In this document: positions 55,927-64,000 of the stretch, piece after piece | How the letters are laid out: each line of letters opens with the position of its first letter | Position numbering within the stretch: position 1 is the first letter of the stretch | NCBI GenBank assembly: GCA_965202625.1 | Contig: CBDBBI010000010.1 | Span: 2,016,001-2,080,000, forward strand | Length of the DNA: 64,000 bases | Direction: 5' to 3' | Origin: a bacterium | GTDB lineage: Bacteria; UBA8248 | Translations under genes and position numbers: made by a program | The notes under the pieces: generated by a model | Seen by the model: the letters and a program-made list of their open reading frames with translations, nothing else | Told to the model about the DNA's origin: nothing | The model's database searches: none

Positions 55927-57378
55927 TTGGAGAGAGATTTATTTGATCCGAGGGAGGGTGGCGGGAGCGGCTTGGACGGAGCGTCGCAAACCCGCATTGA
56001 TTTAGGCGCGCCTTTGGCCGAGCGAATGCGGCCCAGAACCTTGGGTGAGGTTTTGGGGCAGGAGCATTTGATCGGGGAGGACCGCGTGCTCAGGCGGGCG
56101 GTGGAAGAGGACGCCTTGCGCCCGTTCATTTTCTGGGGGCCGCCGGGGACGGGAAAAACCACTCTGGCGCGCATCATCGCCAAAACGACGAACGCGCATT
56201 TCATCACGCTGAGCGCTGTGCTTCACGGGGTGAAGGAATTGAGAGCCTCCGTGGACGAGGCGAAGCGCATGGCGCGCAGAAAAGTCCGAACGATATTGTT
56301 CGTTGATGAGATACACCGCTTCAACAAAGCACAGCAGGATGCCCTCCTGCCTCAAGTAGAAGATGGCACGGTGATTCTCATAGGCGCGACGACGGAGAAT
56401 CCCTCTTTTGAGGTCATCACTCCCCTTCTCTCCCGCGTGCGCGTGCTCGTTCTGGAAAGCTTGCAGGAGTCGCACCTTGTCGCGCTGCTGCGTCGTGCTC
56501 TGGCGGACGCCGAACGGGGTCTGGGGGGCATGGGACTCAGCGCAGAGGATGAGGCTCTGCGCCGCGCCGCGATGATGAGCGGCGGAGACGCGCGATCCGC
56601 CCTTAACGTTTTGGAGGCTGCCGCCACTCTCGCCGGTGAGAATCGGCGCATCGACGCCGCGCTGATTGGAGAGGCGGCCCAGCGTAAAATCCTCCTTTAC
56701 GATAAATCCGGAGAGGAGCATTACAATCTCATCTCGGCGCTTCACAAGACGATGCGCGCCTCGGATCCGGACGCCGCGCTCTATTGGCTCGCGCGAATGC
56801 TGGAGGGGGGAGAAGACCCCATGTACGTGCTGAGGCGCCTGGTTCGATTCGCTTCTGAGGACGTCGGCATGGCGGACCCGCGCGCGCTGAGCGTGGCGAC
56901 GGCCGCCCAGCAGGCGTTTCATTTCATCGGCCCGCCCGATGGGAAACTCGCCATCGCGCAGGCGGTGGTCTATCTTGCGCAAGCTCCTAAGAGCGACGCG
57001 GTATACCGTGGTTTTGGGGCCGCCGAGCGCGCCGTGCGCGAGCGCGAAGCATCTCCTGTTCCCCATCATCTCAGAAATGCGCCGACGGGCTTGATGCGGG
57101 ATTTAGGCTATGGCGACGGCTACCAGCACGCGCATCAATTTGATGACGCGGTCGTGGAGATGGAGGGAATGCCGGAGGGGTTGCAGGGTACCCGATTCTA
57201 TCATCCCACTTCCAGGGGATATGAGACGGAAGTGCGGAAGAGGCTGGCTAGGAGAGAGGAGACATGGAACCAGCGCATGGGCGAGCGATTGCACACGCCC
57301 GAGGAGGGACGTCTGGACGACAGGCGCCCCGCCGATCCTGCCATGCCCGGAAAAAGAGGCAGGCGAAGGGGCGGGTGA
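55927..57378 (+). CDS. rarA: Replication-associated recombination protein A (MgsA/RarA)
   Basis: PLAERMRP, WGPPGTGKTT, DEIHRFNKAQQD, ATTENPSF, ISALHK, ASEDVG.ADP, VPHHLRNAP. Confidence 0.95.
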   Translation: MERDLFDPREGGGSGLDGASQTRIDLGAPLAERMRPRTLGEVLGQEHLIGEDRVLRRAVEEDALRPFIFWGPPGTGKTTLARIIAKTTNAHFITLSAVLHGVKELRASVDEAKRMARRKVRTILFVDEIHRFNKAQQDALLPQVEDGTVILIGATTENPSFEVITPLLSRVRVLVLESLQESHLVALLRRALADAERGLGGMGLSAEDEALRRAAMMSGGDARSALNVLEAAATLAGENRRIDAALIGEAAQRKILLYDKSGEEHYNLISALHKTMRASDPDAALYWLARMLEGGEDPMYVLRRLVRFASEDVGMADPRALSVATAAQQAFHFIGPPDGKLAIAQAVVYLAQAPKSDAVYRGFGAAERAVREREASPVPHHLRNAPTGLMRDLGYGDGYQHAHQFDDAVVEMEGMPEGLQGTRFYHPTSRGYETEVRKRLARREETWNQRMGERLHTPEEGRLDDRRPADPAMPGKRGRRRGG

Positions 57379-57516
57379 TGTGTTCTTGACTTGGTGATAC
57401 CTACAATTCCTGCGCCAGGGCGCCGATCTCCAGACTCGAAATTTCCGTGTTCGCATTCCTCTTAGAGAGAAGCCCGCGCCCGCATCGCGTTCAGGGGTTT
57501 GTGCCTTGAGGGATGG

Positions 57517-58341
57517 GCGTTGCGGCGCGCGGTGTCGCAGATCGGCTCCGACGCCGGGGCCATGATTCCGGAATCCATGATGCTGGAGTTCGTGCAGGCG
57601 TCCAGCGGGGGCAAGGGGCCGGACGTTTATAGGGAGTTGTGCGCCCACCTTGACGGCCAGGTCACGCTCGCGGTTCTGGGGCAGAACCTGACGACGGAGG
57701 TGTCGGGCGGGAGTTTCGCGGCGGCGAACGTCCATGACCGGGTGCGAACGGACATCATGCGCTCGGACGCCCGTCAACTGGCGGCCACGCTCAACCGCGA
57801 CCTGATTCGCCCGATGATTGACTTGAACCTCGGCCCCCAGGCCGCCTATCCGCGTCTCGTCATCGGTCTGCCGGACGAGTGGGGTCGGGAAAAAATTGAA
57901 TCTGTGGGCGCGATGGTGGACCGTGGGCTGGAAGTGCCGCAAGAGGTCATCCGCCGAAAACTCGGCATCCCTGACCCGGAGAGCGACCAGAAAAGGCTCC
58001 ATCCTGCCGGCGCTCCGGTTCCCGATTCGGATCGCGCGGCGGGCGTGGCCTGCGCTGCCTGCGGCGCGACGGCGGCGGCGCGGGCGGAGGGAGCGCCTGC
58101 GCGCGACGCGATGGAGGCGCTGACGGATGAGGCTCTTGAGGACTGGGAGGAGTGGACGCGGCCCCTCGTCGCGCCGGTGGAGAACCTGCTCGCCGAATCG
58201 CGCGACCTGAAAGAGTTTCGCGCGAGACTGATTGAGGCTCTCACCGAGATGAAAACAGAGGAGATCGCCGACCTCCTCGCCCGCGCGGGTTTCTCGGCGC
58301 GCGCCGCCGGCGCCGGCGGCGCTCCCGTTGCCCGCGATTGA
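57517..58341 (+). pseudogene. Mu gp29-like (DUF935) portal protein, 5'-truncated
   Basis: AVSQIGSDAGAMIPESMMLEF, LAVLGQNLTT..SGGSFAAANVHDRVR.DI..SDA..LA.TLNRDLI; the N-terminal half is missing. Confidence 0.85.
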
Positions 58342-60418
58342 GCTCAAGCCCCTCCCTCCGGAGGCGGCGATCCGTTTTTTTGAGTCGAAAGGCTACAAGA
58401 CGGGATTTGACTGGCGCGACGTCTGGCGGGAGGAGCACGCGCACGCCTTCACGGTGGCGAAGGCGATGCGCGCGGACGTTCTGGCGGACATCCGGGAGGC
58501 GGTGGACGACGCCCTGCGGAGCGGTCGGACGCTGGCGCAGTTCTCCGAAGGGCTGACTCCTCTTTTGCAAAAGAAAGGCTGGTGGGGGCGTCAGCTGGTG
58601 ATCGACCCGAAGACGGGCGAGGAAGTCTCCGCCCTTCTGGGAAGCCCGCATCGGCTGCGCACCATATTTGACACGAACCTGCGGTCCTCCTACGCGGCCG
58701 GGCGCTGGGAGCGCATTCAGCGACAGAAGGACGCGATGCCCTGGCTGCGCTACTCCGCCGTGCAGGACGTGCGGACGCGGCCTCACCACGCCGCGTGGCA
58801 CGGGACGCTCCTTCCGGTGGACCACGCATGGTGGAACACGCACTATCCGCCGAACGGATGGTATTGCCGATGCCGCGCCATTCAGATATCGGACCGGCAG
58901 GTGAAGCGGCGGGGGCTTCGTCCCACGAAGTCTCCGCCCGCCGGAACGCGCAAGTGGCTGAACAGGCGCACGGGCGCGGTGAGCGAGATTCCCCTTGGAA
59001 TCGATCCGGGCTTTGACTGGAACGTAGGGCGTGGACGCGGCTGGAAGGGCGCGCCCGCCCCGCCTCCGGATCCGAATGCCATTCCGGAGCTCGACGCCAA
59101 GGCGGCGATGGAGCGTCTGGTGGCTCCGGCGAGCGGCTCCAATCCGGGGGGACTCTATCGCGGCGCGGACGGGGTGGAGCGCTACGTCAAGCAATACGAC
59201 GACCCCGCCCAGGCCTACTCCGAGGCGGCGGCGAACCGCATCTATCGGGAGCTGGGGTTTGAGGCGCCCGTCTCCTCTCTCGTCCGAGAGGGGGAGAAAA
59301 CTCTCCATAGCGAACGACTTCATCGAGAACACCGGAACCCTCGGCAAGAACAGGCTGACGAAAGCGCACGCGAACAAGGTGCTTGATGGTTTTGCCGCCG
59401 ACGTCTGGCTCGCCAACTGGGACGCGGTGGGCCTCAAACTCGACAACGTCGTCATAGCGGGAAAGAAGGTCGTCCGCATCGACCAGGGCGGCTCCCTCCT
59501 GTTCCGCGCACGCGCGGGCAGAAAACCCCTGGACCGCCTCCATAAAATCGCCGAGTGGGACGGCTTCAGCAACCCTTCCATCAACCCCGCCTACGTGCGG
59601 ATATTCGAGAAGGCGGACCTCATCGACGCGGACGAACTCGGCCGCCGTGCCCTCCGCCAGATGGAGGACATCAAAAAACTCGGGGAGCGCACGAACGACT
59701 TCGCCGACCTCGTTCCGGCCGTGAAGGGCGTCCCGAAAGCGGACAGGGACGCGATACTCGACCTCCTGCGAAGGCGCGCGCGCCTGCTGGAGAACGAGAT
59801 CGCACCCCGCGTCCGCAAGGCGATGGAAGCGGCCAGAAACGTCCCCAAGCCCCACCGCAACTTCAAAAAGCAGGATGGGGCGGCAATTCCGCTCTTTTCT
59901 CTCCGCCGCCAGGGGCAGGATGCCGGACGGGCAGCGCCACGGCCTGAGCGATATAGAGATGGCGGCCCGCTACGCCTACACCACCAGCGACTCGAAGTGG
60001 GGCTACGGGCCCCTGAACCAGGCGCTGCGGACGGGAAGCCCAAAGCAGCGGACGAAATATGAAAACTACAGGAGAACCCTCAGCGACGCCCTCGCAAAGA
60101 TGCCCGATTATCAAGGGGAGGTGCGGCGCGGGACGACGCTGCCCGATGACGTTCTTGACGGAATCGAGAAGGGCGGAATTTTTGAGGAGCGGGGCTTTTT
60201 CAGCACCTCCCACAGCGGAGAGGCGGCGTTTGGTGGCCCCCATGAATTCGTGGTACAATCCAGACACGGCAAGCGCATCAACGGGGCTTCCGCTTTCCCC
60301 AGCGAGCGCGAGGTCCTCTTCACCTCCGGGACGAGGTTTGAGGTAGAGCGGATCAGGCCCAAGGGCAAGGGCAACGGCAACGGCATATGGGAGATTCATG
60401 ATGAGAGAGATGGACTGA
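58328..60418 (+). pseudogene. MuF (Mu gpF-like) head morphogenesis protein fused to a HipA/PI3K-like kinase domain and an ADP-ribosyltransferase domain; interrupted by +1 frameshifts
   Basis: MuF: HAHAFTVAK, RLRTIFDTN, DVRTRPHH, YPPNGWYCRC, IDPGFDWN; kinase-like: GSNPGG..YVK..E..FAADVWLANWD..DN..RIDQG; ART: YT..Y..LNQALR, VRRG, FSTS, SEREVLF. Confidence 0.8.
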
Positions 60419-60636
60419 TGGCGATCGAGATCACCGAGGAATATAGAGCGAGCACCGGTGTCCGCGCGGTGAAATACAGGGCGGATGACGGCAATATTGC
60501 CTCTAGCGTCTGGCCTGAAGAGATGACCCGCGAGGAACTTATCGCCGACATTGAGGAATATGAGGCGGGATTCCGGAAACGCCAGAAACAGGAAAAGCGC
60601 GCCCTGGAGGCGGCCGGCTTAAATACGCCGGCATGA
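60418..60636 (+). CDS. Small hypothetical protein (candidate immunity protein 1)
   Basis: ATG overlaps the inferred MuF-toxin stop (TGATG at 60416-60420); 72 aa. Confidence 0.55.
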   Translation: MAIEITEEYRASTGVRAVKYRADDGNIASSVWPEEMTREELIADIEEYEAGFRKRQKQEKRALEAAGLNTPA

Positions 60637-60929
60637 GCGATGCGGAAAAAGAAGAGGTGCACGCGGAGGCCAGGGAATACATAAAACTGCTGATGTTCAC
60701 CGAGGCACAGTGGGACAAGGCCGTGATTGCGGCCACGGCGAACATGACCCACGGCATGTCCAACCTCGCCAAGAAGATGCAGGACCAAGCCCTCACCAGC
60801 GCAGCGCTCAGGCCCGGAACCAAGGCACGCCAGCTCCACGACGAAATCAGCAACATGACGCCTGAGGAACTCTACGCGAAATACCCCGAAGCCCTGGAGC
60901 CGCCGGACGATGAAGACGAGGACGCCTGA
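60633..60929 (+). CDS. Small acidic hypothetical protein (candidate immunity protein 2)
   Basis: ATGA overlap with the previous ORF; 98 aa, acidic C-terminus. Confidence 0.6.
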   Translation: MSDAEKEEVHAEAREYIKLLMFTEAQWDKAVIAATANMTHGMSNLAKKMQDQALTSAALRPGTKARQLHDEISNMTPEELYAKYPEALEPPDDEDEDA

Positions 60930-60948
60930 GCACCCCCGCCTCGACCCT

Positions 60949-61218
60949 GAAAACCCCTTGATTCACGAAGCGCGAACTGGCGGATACCGCCGCTCCTCCT
61001 CCTGAGCGCCCCGCGCCCGCAGCACCCCGGAAAACCCCTTGCTTCAAAGGCGCATCAACAGGCCGAAAACGCCCTCCATGAACGCTCCCGAAATACCCCC
61101 CGATTCACGCGCCTTTGCAACGCTGAAAATACCCCCGATAAACGCCCTTGAAACACCCTGGAAAAAGGCCGAAAAAGGGCGTGTTTTCGCCTTTTACACG
61201 CGAAATTCGCAATTATTT
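60949..61218. repeat. Short direct repeats at the prophage end
   Basis: GAAAACCCCTTG twice, AAATACCCCC(C)GAT twice, plus AACGCCCTTG and ATTCGCAATTATTT also found at 29962 and 30061. Confidence 0.6.
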
Positions 61219-61281
61219 CTTTCCGCCCGAAACCGACCCTGCGCGCGCCCGTAAATCACCGAAAAACAGCCTCTTGTTCAT

Positions 61282-61338
61282 AGGGATCCCGACGGAAACC
61301 TGATTGAGATGTCTAACTATCCCGACGAGACGGAGTGA
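61282..61338 (+). pseudogene. C-terminal stub of a VOC/glyoxalase-family gene
   Basis: RDPDGNLIEMSNYPDETE* is the characteristic VOC C-terminus, with no upstream coding region. Confidence 0.7.
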
Positions 61339-61479
61339 ATCGTCCCGCCGTTTTTTCCTGAAGTTCGTCCTGTATGGGCGCTCAGTGTCATCTTGTGAGG
61401 ATTTGAGGCGGAATCCATATGGCGATCGAAGAGTGGAGGCGGGCCGACGCGCGTCGGGTTCGTACTTCCCTTCTTGATC

Positions 61480-62346
61480 CTAGCGGAAAATCTCTATTTC
61501 GGCTTCCGCCTCTCCGTGATACACGGCTTTCGCCTTGAGTAGATCGTCCATCACCACTCTCTTGTCGCGCGGATTTCGGAGCAGATAGGCGGGATGATAG
61601 GTCGGAAGACAGGGGATTCCTTGGTAGCGTCCGAACTTCCCCCGGATCTTGCCGATGGGCGTTCTCGTCTGGAGCAGCCATTGCGCGGCGAATCTTCCCA
61701 GCGCCAGAATCAATTTGGGATGGATGATAGCGAGTTGCTTGTGAAGATAGGGCTCGCAACAGGCGATCTCCCCAGGTTCGGGATCGCGGTTGTCCGGCGG
61801 TCGGCATTTGAGGATGTTGCAGATATAGACCTCCTGACGAGGGACTGCGATGACGTTTTCAATCATTTTCGTCAGCATTTGACCCGCCCGGCCGACGAAG
61901 GGGACTCCCTCCGCGTCTTCGTTGGCTCCCGGTGCTTCGCCCACGATGACGAGTTTCGCGTTCGGGTTTCCCGCCCCGAATACGAGATTCGTTCGCCTCT
62001 CTCCCAGTTTGCAGCGCAGGCAACCCTCTACGGCGGTATAGAGTGCATCAAGCGAAATGTTCGCGTTCGGATCAAAGGGTAAGGGCGGTGGCTCTGGCCC
62101 CCGGTTCACACGCCTCCCCGTGGAATTCAAAGCGGGTTCCGGCCCCGTCGGAGGGATCAGGATTTGCTGCTCAGAACTCTTTGCGGATGCGGACTCCAGC
62201 GTCGGGGAGGGTGCGACCCTCTCGGCGCGTGGGGCTTCGGAAATCGGTTCGCGAGGAGCACCTAGGCCCACGTAGCCGATCCCTGCGGCTTTTTGGTTTC
62301 GCAGATGCCCAATTACACATCGAAGCAACTCTTCTCGGTTGGTCAT
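61480..62346 (-). CDS. Uracil-DNA glycosylase, family 4 (Fe-S)
   Basis: CLRCKL, VGEAPG..ED..G.PFVGRAG, NILKCRPP.NR, TYHPAYLLR. Confidence 0.93.
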   Translation of the reverse strand: MTNREELLRCVIGHLRNQKAAGIGYVGLGAPREPISEAPRAERVAPSPTLESASAKSSEQQILIPPTGPEPALNSTGRRVNRGPEPPPLPFDPNANISLDALYTAVEGCLRCKLGERRTNLVFGAGNPNAKLVIVGEAPGANEDAEGVPFVGRAGQMLTKMIENVIAVPRQEVYICNILKCRPPDNRDPEPGEIACCEPYLHKQLAIIHPKLILALGRFAAQWLLQTRTPIGKIRGKFGRYQGIPCLPTYHPAYLLRNPRDKRVVMDDLLKAKAVYHGEAEAEIEIFR

Positions 62347-62379
62347 CGTGTCAACCGCAGGGTGCGGCGAGAAATGAAT

Positions 62380-63624
62380 TCACGCGGAAGTATTTTGCCA
62401 TAGTTTTGCGAGATGATCGAGAATGCGCCCCGCCAGAATCCGTTTTGGGAGCAGGGGAAGGGCTTGCGTCGCCCCGTCTGGATGAATAATGCAGGTGCGG
62501 GAAGAATCCGCGCCCATCGCGTCTTCTTCTCCGCAAACGGCGTTCGCCACGATGAAATCCAGCCTCTTTCGCTTGAGTTTGTCTTTCGCACGCTTGACCA
62601 TCCGTTCGGTTTCGGCGGCGAAGCCAATAAGAATTTTGTTCCCCTTTTCCGCTCCCAGTTCAGAGAGTATGTCGGTTGTGCGCTCAAGTTCGATGGAGAG
62701 TGCGCCGCCGCCTTTTTTGTGTTTTTGGAATGAGGGGGAGATAGGACGATAGTCCGCCACGGCCGCCGCCATGATGAGGGCGTGTGCGTCGGCCCAGACG
62801 TCTTTCACCGCTTCGCGCATGTCAGCGGCGGATTCCACGCGAACCACTCTCACCCCAGGCGGGTCGGGGAGGGCGACGGGGCCGCTGACGATGCGCACAT
62901 CCGCTCCGCGCCCGGCGGCTTCCCTCGCCAGAGCGAAGCCCATCTTTCCGCTTGAGCGATTCGAGAGAAAGCGTACGGCGTCCCATCTCTCTCTCGTTGG
63001 CCCCGCCGTGACGATGATCCGCATGCCGGAGAGGTCCGGATTCGCCGCTAGGATGCGCCGCGCGACCAGCAGTATTTCTCGCGGCTCGGGCATCCGCCCC
63101 TGTCCCGCTCCCTCCTCCGCGCGCGCCATGTGGCCTGCGCCTGGTTCCATGACGATGTGGCCTCGCTCGCGCAGGATTTCTATGTTCTCCTGAACGGCGG
63201 ACGACGCCCACATTCGGGGATTCATGGCCGGAGCGATGAGCACCGGCGGTTTTGCGGACAACAGAAGGGTCGAGAGAAAATCGTCCCCCACTCCGTGGGT
63301 GAACTTCGCGATGATGTTCGCCGTGGCCGGCGCGATGAGCATGAGGTCCGCGCGATCGGATAGGGAGACGTGCGGCATATCCCCTGTGAACGCGTCCCCC
63401 TCCACCGGGAGTGTTCTTTGAATGGGCGTCTTGCCCGTGAGCACTTCAAAGGGCAGGGGCTGAACGAACGAGGAGGCGTTTTGCGTTAGGACCGTTTGCA
63501 CCTCGGCGCCGTCTAGGACAAGAAGGCGCGCAAGCGCGATGGATTTGTATGAGGCGATGCCGCCCGATACGCCGAGGATCGTTGTTTTGCCGGCGATGGG
63601 GCCTGAGGGGAGATGCGCGCTCAA
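62380..63624 (-). CDS. coaBC: Bifunctional phosphopantothenoylcysteine decarboxylase/synthetase
   Basis: GVSGGIASYK, IAPATAN, APAMN..MW, TAGPTRE..D.VRFLSNRSSGKMG, AAAVADY, GFAAET. Confidence 0.95.
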   Translation of the reverse strand: MSAHLPSGPIAGKTTILGVSGGIASYKSIALARLLVLDGAEVQTVLTQNASSFVQPLPFEVLTGKTPIQRTLPVEGDAFTGDMPHVSLSDRADLMLIAPATANIIAKFTHGVGDDFLSTLLLSAKPPVLIAPAMNPRMWASSAVQENIEILRERGHIVMEPGAGHMARAEEGAGQGRMPEPREILLVARRILAANPDLSGMRIIVTAGPTRERWDAVRFLSNRSSGKMGFALAREAAGRGADVRIVSGPVALPDPPGVRVVRVESAADMREAVKDVWADAHALIMAAAVADYRPISPSFQKHKKGGGALSIELERTTDILSELGAEKGNKILIGFAAETERMVKRAKDKLKRKRLDFIVANAVCGEEDAMGADSSRTCIIHPDGATQALPLLPKRILAGRILDHLAKLWQNTSA

Positions 63625-64000
63625 CGGGGATTTCCCTCCCCTCTTCTTTTGAGGAGGAGGTCTCTCAGTTTCCGAAAGGCGGCTTCCATGTCGTCGTTGA
63701 TGATGACGTGGTCGTAGAGATATCTTTGCGTCATCTCCTCTTCCGCCTCCGAGAGTCGGGATTCCATTTTTTCATCAGATTCCGTCGCCCGGCCTTTGAG
63801 GCGGTCGCGAAGCGCATCAAGTGAGGGCGGCATGACGAAGATGAGGCTGGCGTCCGCTCGCCTTCTCTTGATTTGCAAGGCGCCCTGTACATCCAGGTCC
63901 ATGATCACGTCGTCTCCCCTGGAGAGATGCGCTTCTACGTCCCCTTGAGGCGTTCCGTAGTATTCGCCATACACGTGCGCCCATTCGAGGAATTCGTTTT
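63621..64000 (-). CDS. gmk: Guanylate kinase (3' part; gene starts beyond window)
   Basis: FLEWAHVYGEYYGT, DLDVQGA, IFVMPPS, RL.GRATES, YDHVIINDD. Confidence 0.93.
   Translation of the reverse strand, partial: NEFLEWAHVYGEYYGTPQGDVEAHLSRGDDVIMDLDVQGALQIKRRRADASLIFVMPPSLDALRDRLKGRATESDEKMESRLSEAEEEMTQRYLYDHVIINDDMEAAFRKLRDLLLKRRGEGNPR

Larger units (their letters stand above)
57517..61280 (+). mobile_element. Mu-like (transposable) prophage relic: truncated portal, MuF toxin, two small ORFs, repeat-rich end
   Basis: Portal-MuF gene order; visibly higher GC than flanks; ends in ...TTCA immediately before a truncated host gene. Confidence 0.8.

Noticed and set aside
56002-59584. Long minus-strand ORFs (355, 414 and 447 aa)
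   Set aside because: Antisense to rarA, portal and MuF; Arg/Pro-rich shadow composition
1-64000. CRISPR arrays, rRNA, tRNA (including selC), integrase or transposase genes
   Set aside because: No regularly spaced repeats, cloverleaf or rRNA signatures, or recombinase motifs were recognised by eye

Overview
64 kb of a GC-rich bacterial chromosome, probably close to the replication origin: mnmG, two canonical parS sites and parA-parB, with a solitary dnaN about 45 kb away. Most of the window is housekeeping and cofactor genes (nadE with a separate glutaminase, nadA/nadC, tupABC, a PTPS/queD-type gene, tsaC, purE, rarA, udg, coaBC, gmk) plus many redox, organosulfur and acyl-CoA enzymes. Main highlights: (1) two genes read through an in-frame TGA that sits at a catalytic Cys position and is followed by a SECIS-like hairpin, indicating selenoproteins (a UGSC-motif thioredoxin-like protein and an O6-alkylguanine alkyltransferase with a P-U-H-R-V motif); (2) four tandem paralogues of an uncharacterised ~340-aa 'WSDGLPVVPPT' protein family, probably partners of the UGSC selenoprotein; (3) an AT-richer three-gene island with a BrxD/DUF2791-type ATPase, a degenerate ATPase paralogue and a coiled-coil protein but no other BREX genes, a candidate undescribed defence module; (4) a Mu-like prophage relic with a frameshifted MuF protein carrying both a HipA/PI3K-like kinase domain and an R-S-E ADP-ribosyltransferase domain, followed by two small candidate immunity genes; a second small phage relic shares its terminal DNA motif; (5) a structured, possibly switchable leader upstream of nadA; (6) several pseudogenes (a MATE copy, thrC, possibly an MBL hydrolase). 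No rRNA, tRNA or CRISPR array was recognised. All calls come from motif recognition by eye; no database searches were run.
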